Shown here piece after piece: positions 38,575-51,612 of a stretch of 64,000 nt of DNA. Every line of letters begins with the position of its first letter. Within the stretch, counting starts at the first letter, position 1. Location of the stretch: the NCBI GenBank assembly GCA_024679065.1, contig JAGIQG010000002.1, positions 31,682,001 through 31,746,000 of the forward strand. The letters run 5' to 3'. The position numbers were made by a program, and so were the translations under genes. This stretch comes from Sphyrna mokarran (Eukaryota). Under the pieces are notes generated by a model that saw nothing but the letters and a program-made list of their open reading frames with translations, had not been told where the DNA came from and searched no databases.

Positions 38575-39870
38575 GTTTTTTTTTGGAAGACTGTCCATTT
38601 TGGAACTGAGAAAACAGGACCTGCTGGAGAGCTACCTTTCAGTCATTTGGACATGGTGTGAAGTCCATCAAAGTATGCTTTTCAAGAGTTTTGCCTGAAT
38701 GCATATAAAGCTGGGGAAGAACACAAGCATTTGTTCAATGCTTCTCCCATTGGATCTAAAGGATATAGAGGAAGCAATGTGATGGGATTTCTCAAGTACT
38801 GAAATCTACAATTTTATGAGGGACATGGACAGAGTAGATAATCCAACTTTTTCCCAGGATGGAGGAGTCGATTACTACGGGGCATTGGTTTAAGATGCAA
38901 GAGGCAAGGTTTAAAATGGTGTATGAGGCAATTTTTCTTACACAAATGGTGGTGAGTGCCTGGAATTCACTGCTGGGGGAGGTAGTAGAAGCAGATATGA
39001 TAGTGACTTTTAAGGGGTGTCTTGAAAAATAAATGGGAATAGAGGGATATGATTCCTGGAAGGGTAGGGGTTTTTAATTCAGATGGGCAGCAGAGTCGTT
39101 GCAGGCTTGGTGGGAGACCGGGGGCGGGGGGGGGGGGGGGGGGGGGGGGGTGCGCCAAAGGGCCTGTTCCTCTGATATAACTTTCTTTGTTCTTTGTGTT
39201 CTGATGTGTTGCTGACCCACAGTCCAGGTCTCACTGCAATGAAAATGTGGTGCTGACAACTGCTCTGTACACTAGGACCTTTGTTGCTTTGCAGAGGTCT
39301 TTGTTGTTAATCACTCACTACCGCAGTTTGCAAAAAACTGAGCTGATGCTGCAGATCAAATGTTGGATCTCCTCGGTCAACAGAGACCTTTCAAGAGAGG
39401 TGGCTGCCAAGGTATGGGAAGTACTCAACACGTTCCACAGTCTCTCCTGGAGGTGGAATGTTTGGCTGACCAGGTGTGGGTTGACGTAAGAGGTTTACTT
39501 TGGAAACATTCAAGGACAGGCTGAGATTCTTGTTTGCAGAATTGAAGAGATCGAGAGTGACTTTCAAATCTGGTGCAGAATGAGCAACAACATTGCAGTC
39601 ACCCGCCAACTGTAGATCATACACATCAATGGCTAGTTTTGATATAAAGATGACCATGGTAGAAGTGTTTCTCATTAGATGATATTTTAATACTCACAAC
39701 AGAGGGCATTTGATCTCTGATGAGGTGAATAGGCAGCTAAATTGTAAATAATCTGGAGACTATCACACAGCTCTGCTGGACCCGACTAGAAATTTTCAAG
39801 GCATCCAATTCAAGGCAGTTAAATCATCATGAAGCAGTTGTAGGATTGTGGAGTTTCCTTGGCATGCAAA
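38575..39870 (-). mobile_element. Decayed RTE-clade LINE with nested CR1 3' fragment (38805-39200, + strand)
   Basis: DLQLAGDCNVVAHS..LSLNVSK..VERVEYFPYLGSHLS; CSETWT. Confidence 0.72.
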
Positions 39871-39953
39871 GCTTTGGCACACAATCCTCAGAGCCTCACG
39901 ATTTACTGTGTTAAACACTTTGGTAAGTCAACGAATGCAACATGATGTTGTTC

Positions 39954-40212
39954 GTAGAATCCCTACAGTGCAGAAGGAGGCTGTTCAGCCCATCGAATGT
40001 TCAGTGACTTATCCAGGCTTACCCCATAACCCCACATATTTACCCACTAACCTATATATCTTGGGATAATTTAGGGTCAATTTGGAATGGCTAATCCACT
40101 TAATTGGCACATCTATGGACTGTGGGAGGAAACCGGTGCACCCGGAGAAAACCCACAGAGGCATGGGGAGAATGTGCAGACTCCACATAGATAGTCACCC
40201 AAGACCCGAACT
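39954..40212 (-). mobile_element. HE1-like SINE, partial
   Basis: Reverse complement core and tail. Confidence 0.82.
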
Positions 40213-40499
40213 CTCAACATTTTTCCTGGATTATTTGGCAACAAACAATGTCAGAGGTTTATCTGGTAGGTCTAATGGCATGCTGCGTCTCAGAGAGAAT
40301 TTCCTTACCAACAGGAAGTGGGTGATTCAGGAAAATATAATGCAGGAGAATACATATCAAGATTTTCCCTGCCAAGGACAAGAGGAAAATACCTTGATAG
40401 TTCCACAGCGTGGTTTATCTTCCTTCTTAAAGTTAGTGATAATTGTTGCATTCCTGATATCCTTCTGTCCACGCGAGGAGTGAGTTATTTTTCCTCCCA

Positions 40500-40797
40500 G
40501 ATCATAGAATCCCTACAGTGCAGAAGGAGGCCATTTGGCCCATCAAGTTTGCACTGACCACAATTCCACCCAGGCCTTATTCCCATAACCCCACATATTT
40601 ACCCTGCTAATAACCTGACAGCAGGATCAATTTTGCATGGCCAGACAATGGAATCCGCACATCTTTGGACTGTGGGCAGAAACCTGAGGAAACCCATGCA
40701 GACACAGGGAGAATGTGCAGTCTCCGCACAGAGTGACCCAAGGCTGGAATTGAACCTGCTGCTGTGAGGCAACAGTGCTAACCACTATGCCACTGCA
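40500..40797 (-). mobile_element. HE1-like SINE
   Basis: Reverse complement, full length. Confidence 0.86.
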
Positions 40798-41779
40798 TCT
40801 TCTGTAAGGCCAGCGTGTGGAGTCTCAATGTGAACAAAAGCCTGCTCGCCATCAGCTTTGAGGAGCTCGGGGCCACAGGCTTTGTTGCTTCCTATCCATT
40901 TGATTGCTCATTGCAGTTCTCCCATCAATAATGGTTCACTCATGGGTTTTATCGCTGGATATTGGGGAGAAGGCTGGAGACTATGAGCTGCCGTTGTAGA
41001 TACACAGTTGAAGAGTTGATTGAAAATGTCCCTCCCAGCACTGATTGCTGGCATTGTCATATTTAAAAATGTAAGGATGGCACATTCAGGGCCCTAGAAG
41101 GATATTAGATTAGATCTTCTCAACTATCATAACAGCTTCACTATCACTTTTACTGATGCCAGATGTTTATTTCCAGATTTGGACTTGAACTCAAATTCCA
41201 GGCCTCGTGTCAGGAAGAGTCCATAAATTAACCACTATGTTTCTGTTCTCCAGAAAGTGACACTCGCTATAATTCAGCATAATAATGTCCTGTGCAGTGA
41301 CTGATTCAAAAAACAAAATACCGTGGAAGCTGGAAATCTGAAATAAAGACAGAAACAGTAATATCCAGCAAGCATTTGTGGAAAGAGAAATACATTTAAT
41401 GTTTCTAGTCAAAGATGGAGTATTTTCAGCGCTTTCAATGAAAGATTTGATTGCATTTTCATTGTGAAGCAACGTAGCAGCAGTTAGATACAGTCTCGAT
41501 CCCATGGGTTTGTGGTTGGCAGAGAAACAGCGTACTCCTCTGGGGTATTCACTTATTAATTCTTTTGACATTTCTCAATTGTTCGGTCTTTTTGTGGTTG
41601 CTTTCGATTGGGAAGATCAATTCGAATTTTTTTGATAATATTATGAATATTGTCATCATATAACTCAAACAAACATGAGCATTGGAAATTCATAATCCTA
41701 GTAGCATCATTGTACAACAGCATGACACTCTTCATCTCAGGGTCATGGGTTTGTGTTCCATGTTGGACACTGTTGTTAT

Positions 41780-42238
41780 GGGCAGCATGTGACACAATGG
41801 TTAGCACTGCTGCCTCACAGCACCAGAGACCCTGGGTTCAATTCCAGCCATGGGTGACTGTCAGTATGTTCTCCCAGTGTCTGTGTGGGTTTTCTCCAGT
41901 TGCTCCAGTTTCCCCCCCCCCACACTCCAGAGATATGCGGGTTGAGTGCATTGGCCATGCTAAATTGCCCCTTATGGCGGGATTTTACGACCTCGCTCAG
42001 GCGAGATCATACAATCCGGTCCGAAATCAAGGGAGATTTCCGTTCTGTGACCGGAATCGGGGTGGGTGAAGCAGTAGAGTTCTGGCCTTAGTGTCTCAAA
42101 GTTAGATGGATTAGCCATGGCAACTGTGTGGGGTTACAGGTATAGCATGGGGAGAGGGCCTGGATAAGATCAGAGAATTGATGCAGACATGATGGGCTAT
42201 ATGACCTCTCCTATGCTGTAGACATTCTATGATTGTAT
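41780..42238 (+). mobile_element. HE1-like SINE with a MITE inserted at 41975-42087
   Basis: Core ...ttgcccctta|MITE|ttagtgtc... Confidence 0.84.
41975..42087. mobile_element. MITE, probably PIF/Harbinger-derived
   Basis: TTA duplication inside a known SINE sequence; TIR-like tggcgggattttac / gtagagttctggcc. Confidence 0.72.
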
Positions 42239-43064
42239 GACCTACATGTCTAATATGTATGTCATCACTGTGTGTGATATATTTTAATTTTGGAATTACT
42301 TCAATAACTTCATGACCAGACTTTTTCAGATGCTGGGGCTTCCCTTCATGCCATCTGGGTAGTCGATGGTGATTCCAACACTGCTGATATTGCCTGTCCT
42401 GCAGCCACTCCTCACTCCAATAAGCATCAATTGACTGGGTTGGGATTGTCCCTTACCTGGGAGAAAGTCCCACCTCAGGGAGCTAGTAGCCAATCTGATT
42501 GGCCAGCAGCTCTCTAGACTCAGCAGCGCCAGAAGCTGCAGTGGAGAGGACTGGAACTGCAGGCAGTCCCCAAGTATCTGAAGTCCCAAGATGGCCAGGG
42601 AAGTGTGGGAATCTCAAGGCTGGGAGAGGAGGTGATGTGTAGAGGGATGGGAAGAAGAGTTTTGGGGGTATTGGTGAAGAAGATGGGTGGGAGGAAGCAT
42701 CTACTAGGGCTAGACCTTTTGTAGGAAGGGTGGGAATGACTGACGTTGAAAGAAGTTTGAAGATGAAGGCACACCCCCACCTCCTCCCCCCAACCATCTT
42801 CTCACCAATGCCTGATCAGGCCTTGCCCTGCTCCTGAATCCTTCCCACCAGCCAGAAAATAGAGGCAGAGTTGGAAATGGTTCTTATGTGGTCACTTAAA
42901 AGCCTCAATTGGGACAAGGCCTGGATCTTGCTTATCTCTCTGTGAAATGGCCGATAAGTTGGGCCTGGCAAGAGTCCAGTGGGAAGGCCATCTGAAGAAT
43001 GTTGTAGCCACCACCCTCCAACAACGCCAACCACGGAGGGATGTAAAATTCTGCCCTATTTTAT

Positions 43065-43382
43065 TTTTATTCGTTCATGGGATATGGATGTTGCTGGCTG
43101 GGCCAGAATGTATTGCCAATTCCTGAGGGCATTTAAGAGTCAACCACGTTGCTATGGATTTGGAATCACATCTAGACCAGACCAGGCAAAGACAACAGTT
43201 TTCCTTCTGTAAAGGACATTAGTGAACCAGTTGGGTTTCCTGGTCATCAGTAGACTTTTAATTCCAGATTTTATTGAGTTCAGATTTCACCATCTACCAT
43301 GGTGGGATCCAGTCCCCAGAGTACCATCCAGGGTCTTTGGATTACCAGTCCAATGATAATACCATCACGCCAACATTTCCCC
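43065..43382 (-). mobile_element. Second SINE family copy
   Basis: Reverse complement. Confidence 0.78.
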
Positions 43383-44217
43383 ATCAACTGGATTGTTTCT
43401 TTATCGAGAAAAGGAAGATTATTAATTCATCTAACTTATAATAAAAAAAGCATGCACCTTATTGATGCAACTGTGACCGTTTTATTAAATGAATGCAGCA
43501 GCCCTACCCTAGTGTCATTAACAGCTGTGTGGAGAAGTTAAAGTAAATCTTCGACTGGGTTGGAGTTCCTCGCATGTCTCCGCAGGAACACAATTAACTA
43601 TAAATAGAGATCTTTATCCATCCTGGGATTTGAGTTCCGCCACAGCTGATACAGCTTCAAGATAGTGCACACTATATCCTGAAGTAATCACACTTCAACA
43701 GCATACTAAAAGACATGGGAATGTTGAGAATCCTCAGCGCTTATTACATAAAGAAACTATTTTTGTCCTAAACAGTGTTCTCCCCTTTGGAGACTTAAGA
43801 TTCAAAATAGGTTTTCATGATGACTGATTAAGATCTAATTTCTTACTGCTGACTGTTAAATACCTCAAAAGAAAGATCAGTTTGCCTGAGGGTAGATTTC
43901 AGTCGATCTCCATCTACAATGTCAGATTGCAGTACGAATTGAGATACCTTTGGACTGAAAAATGGAAATGATCAGAGAGTAGTGTAGTGCTTTGAAGGGC
44001 ATTCTTCTCAGGGGCCTAGTTTAAGAAGCAGTGAGAATGTCTGTTATAATCACATCACCGTACTGAATAGACAGCTATAATTCCTGCTGGCAGCAAGTTA
44101 AAATTAAAATGGTCTCATTTTGTAAGCACCTTGAGAATGGGATGTTCCCTTTTGCATTTATAATACATTATACTCTGTGGAATTACAGTCCTTAGAGCAA
44201 ATAGTCCACAGTTGTGT

Positions 44218-44540
44218 GGGCGGCATGGTGACACAGTGGTTAGCACTGCTGCCTCACAGAGCCAGAGACCTGGGTTTGATTCCCAGATGGTCACTGTGTG
44301 TGTGGAGTTTGCACGTTCTCCCCGTGTCTGTGTAGGTTTTCTCCGGGTGCTCTGGTTTGCTCCTGCAGTCCAAAGATGTGCAGGTTTGGTGGATTGGCCA
44401 TGCTAAATTGCCCCTTAGTGTCAGGGGAACTAGCTAGGGTAAATGCATGGGGTTATGAGGATAGGGCCTTGGGGGTGTTGTGGTCAGTGCAGACTTGATG
44501 GGTTGAATGGCCTCCTCCTGCACTGTAGGATTCTATGATT
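44218..44540 (+). mobile_element. HE1-like SINE (near consensus)
   Basis: gggcggcatggtgacacagtggttagcactgctgcctcacag... full length. Confidence 0.92.
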
Positions 44541-45805
44541 GCTCTCAGCTTCCAATATGTTTGCACTTATCCATATTGTCACATAGTAAGTCGAGTGACT
44601 GCCTCCAAGGGCTTTTTTTGAGTTTTTGGAGCCTTTCTAAATCTACTCTCAGCAGTAAAACCTGTCCTGATTATTCACCCCCTCTAAACCTATCAGGACA
44701 AATGCCCTGGAATCTTAGATAGCTGCAGGATTCATCTCCTCGATGAGAGACTACCTTTCTCCTGCATCTGGCTGTAATAATTCATAAAACTAGTAACCTC
44801 TCTGCTACCATATCAAATCTGCTGCCTTTTCTTATATTCATTGGTTTATAGGAAACTTATAACCTGATATCAAAAATGGCTTCCTCTGCACTCTCCCCCC
44901 TGGTAATATGAAACATTGCATTCAGGTAGAAATGCCAAATGGCATTTCTGTACAGTAAGGATTCTATCCTTCTATTATATAATTATGATTGAATTATTGA
45001 ATACAACTCTCGTTCATCTTAGAGGAAAATGGCAGTTTACAGCACAACTGTTTACAACCCAATACCTTCAATACCTTTCTGGAATTTTGGAAGACATGGC
45101 AGGATTTTCCAGCTGTGCTCACCCCAAAACTGTAAAATCTCACCCAAGCTCGACAGACCTTCCTTATCCAATCCTCGCCCGCTACAATTCCCGTGGCAGG
45201 CAAAACGGAAAATTCTGCCAACAGTCTGCCCATTGCGAGCCCAAACACTGATGCCATTGTCTCAAAACAATTAAGCACCTTAAACATCACCCTAGCGACA
45301 CAATCTGGTCCTACCTTTGATCTTCAGCAGTCAAACCGCCCAGACTTACTCTTAAAGGTCAGCAGTACATGTCGCCCTTCCTTAATCCTTAAGACATTGT
45401 CCCATAACAATATAACAATCATATAAACCTCATTGTTATAAACCTCGTGATATCCAATCCTATTCTCTGGTGAGTTATCAGAAGTCAATCAAGATCAATG
45501 CTAAGGGCTCTGCAATTTGGCTTTCCTATTTTGGAGTAGAGGGAAGCAAAGGTGTCTAGGATTCCTGTTCCTGGTTATAAGCAAGTGATTCCTACTGGAA
45601 AGTGTAAATGTTGGGTTGGAACAGGCTTGGCTAAAATGTTATTCCACAGTCAGACACCTTACCCCCAAAAGGTTGCTGGTGCTGAAAGTAATGTTGGAGT
45701 TGTGCCCTTAACATTCTGCATCGGCGATCAGAGCAAAGACATTTTGAAGGCTAAGCAACTTGTCTTACCTGTACACTTTGTGATGTTTGTCTTTCCCGTT
45801 TGCAG

Positions 45806-45950
45806 ATATTTCAAGGTAACAGCAATCCCAAAGACACCGTTATAAGGCAGTTTCCTCAGACAATCCTAACACGATACGTTCGCATACGACCACAGTCATG
45901 GAAAGGAGGTATTGCACTTCGGTTCGAACTATATGGATGCAAGATTACAG
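45806..45950 (+). CDS. NRP1: Neuropilin-1 exon (exon 8 homologue), end of b1
   Basis: tgcag| and |gtaaag, 145 nt, phase 0-1; IFQGNSNPKDTVIRQFPQTILTRYVRIRPQSWKGGIALRFELYGCKIT. Confidence 0.96.
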
Positions 45951-46399
45951 GTAAAGATCAACTTGTGAGAAAGTTAACTTTATAATTCATTCACTCAGAT
46001 AAACCGATAAAGAATTAACTGTTTTCTCCAACATTAACCATCTTGTCTGTAACCTCATTTTTGGCCAGTTGAATACGTGCTAAAGGAGAAGAAAATGTTC
46101 ACCATGTTTAAAGAGCCCCGGAAAGAAGTTATTGAGAAATCTGAAACAAAATTATATTCAATCTTGGCAAGGCCAGTATTCATTGTCCTTTCCTATCTGC
46201 CCTTGAGAAAGTGATAGTGAGCTGCCAATAACTGAGCGGTTTGTTAGGCTATTTCAGAAGGCAGTTACAAAGCAACCACATTACTGTGGATCTGGAATCA
46301 CTTGTAGGCCAGACTACAGGTCAGGGCAGCAGATTTCCTTGCCTAAAACATTTTAGTGAACCAGATGAGGTTTTTACAACAGTCATTGTTAATGACTTT

Positions 46400-46745
46400 A
46401 GAGGAGGTGATGGCCTACTGGAATTATCACTAGACTATAAATCCACAAATTCAGCTAATATTCTGGGGACCCGGGTTCAAATCCCACCATGGTGAATTTG
46501 AATTCAATAATAAATATCTGGAATTAGGAATCTACTGATGATCATGAAACCGTTGTCGATTGTTGGAAAAATCCATCTGGTTCACTAATGTCCTTTCAGG
46601 AGGGAAATCTGCCATCCTTATCTGATCTGGCCTACATGTGACTCCAGCAATGTGGCTGACTCTCAACTGCCTTCCAAGGGCATCTAGGGATGGGCAATAA
46701 ATGCTGGTCCAACCAGCGACGACCATGTCCCATGAATGAATAAAA
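46400..46745 (+). mobile_element. Second tRNA-derived SINE family (non-HE1), full length
   Basis: gaggaggtgatggccta.tgg A box, gggttcaaatccc B box, ccatctggttcactaatgtcctt, ggcctacatgtgactccag, cccatgaatgaataaa end. Confidence 0.82.
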
Positions 46746-47984
46746 CAAAATTCCTGATTGGTGTACTACATGCTTTTAACTTCCTTGCTAGACAGGCTCC
46801 AGAACAGTAGCCTAGGCTTCTGGACTAATTGCTCAATAACATGTCCATGATGCTCCCATCCCCTTATACAATTGTGGAACTTCAGTTTGGCAACACAGAG
46901 CTCACACTGTGCAATCCATTTGGATATACCCCAGTTACTTCACCTGCAGTGTTTGGGAGCAGGATAGCAGAGCCAAGGCTTTGGGAATCCAAGTATGGCC
47001 CACGGCACTGCTGGAGTTTAACTAAGAAATACCACACAGTTTGTCAGTAAGCTTCCCATCACTGATCCAGCTAAGACCAGCTATGAGTTAGATCACTGCC
47101 TGGGGGATCATCAGGAGCCACATGGAAAGACTTTCCCCATTGTCCTGGTAACCTCAGTGCTGTTAGTGGGAGCTCCAACTGCATAAATTGGATGCCACAT
47201 TTCTCTTCATTACAGAACATGACTATGCACCAAAAAATACTTCACTAATCCTGAGATTAGTGATATAAATGCAATCTGTTTCTATCTTAGGTTACAGATT
47301 TGAATCCAGCCTGGCCTATTGGCTTGGAAATCTACCCCTTTCTGCCAGATGTACATGTGTCATGTGTCTAAGACGTGCTAATGAAGCTAAATCTGACAGT
47401 TTCACCAAAGCTGAGAGGAGCTTAAAAAGTTTTTTTTAAATCTGTAACTCAAAAAGAACTCACAAAGTAAGCCTGAGAGCACTGAATGTACGCAAGCATG
47501 CGGAGTTCTGCACATATGAAGTCTCTTTGGCATTCAGGGGTGGCCTTCCTGAGTTAGTGAAAAGACTGGGGATTTTATTGTTTCTCCGTCAGTCAATGCT
47601 AGCAGGAGAATCGTCATGACAATTCCACCCCACTGAAATTACAGGCAAGGTTCATTGTCCATGTAAATGTGGACATTGGAATATGGCCATCTCAAATCAG
47701 TTCCATGGGGATGTGGCTTCACAGAAAAATTGGAAATGTCAAACAAGTGCTCAAAGGATGATTGATCGGGGGCAGGGGGAAGAGTGTGGAACAGACATGT
47801 TTGGACGGTGAGAATTTACCTTACAACAAGGGAAATTGAAGTAATTACTTACAGCAACCTTTTGTCCAGAATGAGTGCGGATGACAGAATAACCTGCAGT
47901 TCCATCTGAAAGCCAAAACATGAGTTTGTGATCTATAACTGTGAGCTGAATGTTCAGAGTAGAAGGTTGCGTTACAGTACTTAA

Positions 47985-48290
47985 TCAGAAGACAAGGTGT
48001 TGTTCCCCCAGATGGTGTTGAGCTTCACCGCAGCAGGTGGAGGGCAGGAGTGTGAGGGTGACAGCAAGGTGGTGAATTCAAATGGCAAGCAATCGGAAAC
48101 CTGGGATCATGCTTGGGGAATGAATGGGAGTGTTATGCAAAGCAGTCACCCAGCCTATGTTTAGTCTCGCCAATGAAGAGAAGACCCCATGGTGAGCTGA
48201 GCAGTGAACTCAATAAACGGAGTTGAAAGAAATGCAGATAAATTGCTGCTTCGCCTGGTACGAGTGGTTGGAGCCTCAAACAACAAGGAA
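47985..48290 (-). mobile_element. Decayed Penelope-like GIY-YIG endonuclease fragment
   Basis: Minus strand reads GLLFIGETKHRLGDCFA*H...PIACHLN, typical of Penelope-clade GIY-YIG domains. Confidence 0.7.
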
Positions 48291-48299
48291 AGTTTTTTA

Positions 48300-48618
48300 A
48301 AGTTTAAAAAGTTTGAACATTAATTTATTAGTGTCACAAATAGGCTTACATACACACTGCAATGAAGTTAGTGTAAAAATCCCCGAGTCACCACACTCCG
48401 GCACCTGTTTGGGTACACAGAGAGAATTTAGCATGGCCCGTGCATCAGATCAGCAAGTCTTTTGGACTGTGGGGAGAAAACTGGAGCACCCGGAGGAAAC
48501 CGCATCACATGCAGACACAGGGAGAACACGCAGACTTCACACTGGCAGTGACCCAAGCTGGGAATCGAACCTGGGTCCCTGCACTGTGAGGTAGCAGTGC
48601 TAACCACTGTGCCACCCG
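48300..48618 (-). mobile_element. V-SINE, type B tail
   Basis: Reverse complement, full length. Confidence 0.86.
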
Positions 48619-49253
48619 TATCGAGAGAGGAGGTAAAAGGGTGACTATCGCCCTTTGGATGTTGGCCCTTCTCAAAAGTTAATAGAGAGCACCTCAACCT
48701 CAAAAGTTAATAGAAAGCCCACCAACCCTAATGAAACAAGCTGTGAAGCAGTTAATCTGTGAAACGCAAAAGCAGCAGATTGCACAAGCACGCGATCGAC
48801 CAATTACTGTTTGAGAATAAAAGCACCCATCTAAGTCAAAGAATATGGCCCACGCAGCAAACCAGATGAGAAGCCTTGAAGAAGACCGAAATACCAGGAT
48901 GTTCTTGTTGTGATTAATTTTTACCCACAACTGCATTATCACATTTGAAGAGCTTAATACTTAGCTTTCCGACAAGTGGTGGGTAGTAATACAATGCCAC
49001 GGAATTCTCCAGATGCATGTCTCATTCTGTTACTTACCAATAAAGCTGCAGTCTGCCTCATTTCATCGAATCATACAATTTCTACTGTGCAGAAGGAGGC
49101 CTTTCAGCCCATCCAACCTGCAGCAGCAACAGTCCCACCTAGGCTTGAGCTTTCATGCTGTACGGCTGTTGATTATTTTTCCACGTTGTAATTAACTTTA
49201 TAATGTAATATGACCCCCTTCCTCTCTAATGGCCTTTTATCTTTGTCCTGCAG

Positions 49254-49585
49254 ATTATCCCTGCTCCGGAATGCTGGGGATGGTGTCCGGCCTCATCACC
49301 GATAATCAGATCACGGCCTCAAGCTCCATGGACCGCTACTGGGGTCCCGAACATGCCCGGCTTCTCACCAGTCGAGCAGGTTGGGCCTTAAAACCGAGCC
49401 CCCAGTCCTATAATAACGAATGGATACAGATCGACCTGGGAGCGGCGAAAGAGGTGCGGAGCGTGATCATCCAGGGGGTGAAGCAGAGGGACAATAAAGT
49501 CTTCATGCGGAGATTCAAGCTGGGCTACAGCACGAATGGATCAGACTGGAAGTTGGTGACAAATCCTGGCAGCTCGAAACCGAAG
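49254..49585 (+). CDS. NRP1: Neuropilin-1 exon (exon 9 homologue), b2 domain; ends at a GC donor
   Basis: ctgcag| acceptor; DYPCSGMLGMVSGLITDNQITASS...KVFMRRFKLGYSTNGSDWKLVTNPGSSKPK; 332 nt to AAG|gcaagt keeps frame with the next exon. Confidence 0.94.
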
Positions 49586-50179
49586 GCAAGTAGACTGTGA
49601 TCACAGCCTTTCGATGTGATGATTCCTCTTTGAAATGAAAGTAAGACACCAGGTTCCAGCATGTGCCATCATGCTGCCACTAACATTAACATCTCAAGTG
49701 CTTTCACAGTCAGAAAGCAAGCACACATAGGCAGCACTGTGCCAAGAGCCCCGGGTCACATTTGCCATGTTCTCAACATATAAAATGAGGAACACGTCGA
49801 CATTAAAAATAAATTACTGTCCTTTCCTCGTCCCAGTCAGAATACGTTCATCTCAATTTTCCCTGCAACAGAACACTGCTCCCACACAAAGTCAACATTT
49901 TGTCCTTGCGCTTTGCACTTAAAATGCAAAGTGCCTCTTTGTTTGGCAAAACGGAAGACGCCATACCAATTAGAATGCAAAGATTCCCTTCATGAAAGAG
50001 CATCTGGAGAATCTTTGTTTGGGGAAACAGGAACACTCCAAATCCTTCTCATCAAGGATAAATCGTACAATGGTGCATTTCAATAAAATTTGCATTCACG
50101 TATCACATATTCATAAACAAATTGAGGAAAAAAATGCTTCCAAGCACGTTACTCATGGAAAGACCATCCTTTTTCTTTC

Positions 50180-50455
50180 TTTTTATTTATTAGCATCACA
50201 AGTAGTCTTATATTAACAGTTCAATGAAGTTACTGTGAAAATCCCCTTGTTGCCACACTCCAGCACCTATTCGGGTACACTGAGGGAGAATTTAGCATGG
50301 CGAATACACCTAACCAGCACATCTTTCGGACTATGGGAGGAAACCAGAGCACCCGGAAGAACCCCACACAGACACGGGGAGAACATGCAGATTCTGCACA
50401 GACAGTGACCCAAGCTGGGTCCCTGGCACTGTGAGACAGCAGTGACACAATGTCA
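50180..50455 (-). mobile_element. V-SINE, type B tail
   Basis: Reverse complement. Confidence 0.84.
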
Positions 50456-50589
50456 CTCAAATGCCATCATGAAGCCATCAATGTTGAGTGGGACCTGGAA
50501 TTATTTGGTTGGGAATTAGTGTGATTTCCTTATTTTTACACTGTTTCATAGCTCAACTCTTGCACTTGACTCCCTACACTTGACTCCAG

Positions 50590-50606
50590 TAGGGTTAGGG
50601 TTAGGG
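50590..50606 (+). repeat. Short interstitial telomere-like tract
   Basis: TAGGG-TTAGGG-TTAGGG between two copies of a ~25-bp direct repeat. Confidence 0.6.
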
Positions 50607-51467
50607 TAGCTCGACTCTTGCATTTGACTCCAGCAGTTGCCAATGACTGTCACATTTCCATCACCACGGTATAAATAATGACTAGGAAGAACCTGAGAAA
50701 ATAACACTAAAAGAAGCAGTGTAGAAAAATGATTGCAGCTCAGCATTTAAATTTGAGTCAGAAATTGTAGTCACTATTCTACCTGGAAATACAATCAAAT
50801 AGTGCCAATTTCAACACAATATATATAATATTGTAAATGCCCAGTGTGATTACTTACCAAATTCATAGTGATGCGGAAATAGGTCATGTCTGATTTTTTA
50901 ATGACAGTTTAATAAATCATCCAAAGTCACCACAAATAGGGATAGAAATTGGTATGCATTGTGTCATGTTTTTGGATGTAAAGCAGGCATATAACGTAGC
51001 ACTTTTCAGTGGGATTGTTCATGTTTCGCTTCTAAATTGGTGGCAACCATTTTTAGATTTGAATTTTTAAGTGAAATCTTTGGCAACACTTTTGCTAACT
51101 CGCAGCTGTTGCTAAGAAATAAGAATTTGCGTTTGATGTATAGCTTTTCCACCGCATGTCCATACTCACTTCTCAATTTTCTGTTGGATTTTTGTTGAAA
51201 AGTCCAATGTTTGGATCGGGCAAGATTTATTGAATAATGTCAGCATCTGTTGTACATAATTCCAGAATTATGTTCAGACTGTCAACTTCTGAAAATTGGG
51301 AGCAATATTGTAATTACCAATGCTGCTAAGTTATGAAAATGTAATGCAGATAATGCAGATGTAGCTCATTATATTTTCATTTGAGAAATAAGCATATTTT
51401 GTCTCTGGTGTGCCTTTCTGTTAATGGATTCGATTGATGTCTGAGAACTCTTTTCCGTATCGTCTAG

Positions 51468-51612
51468 ACATTTGAAGGAAATACCAACTATGATACACCA
51501 GAAATTCGGAAATTTGACCCATTGTTAACAAGATACGTTCGTATCTACCCGGAGAGAGCATCGGCAGCTGGGTTAGGACTACGTATGGAGCTGTTGGGCT
51601 GTGAGATTGAAG
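51468..51612 (+). CDS. NRP1: Neuropilin-1 exon (exon 10 homologue), end of b2
   Basis: tctag| and |gtacag, 145 nt, phase 0-1; TFEGNTNYDTPEIRKFDPLLTRYVRIYPERASAAGLGLRMELLGCEIE (read manually, not in ORF track). Confidence 0.96.

Noticed and set aside
44218-44290. tRNA genes at SINE heads
   Set aside because: A/B boxes continue straight into SINE core and tail and are degenerate; they are tRNA-derived SINE heads.
48671-48726. 28-bp tandem duplication ctcaaaagttaataga.agc
   Set aside because: Ordinary slippage duplication with no further structure.
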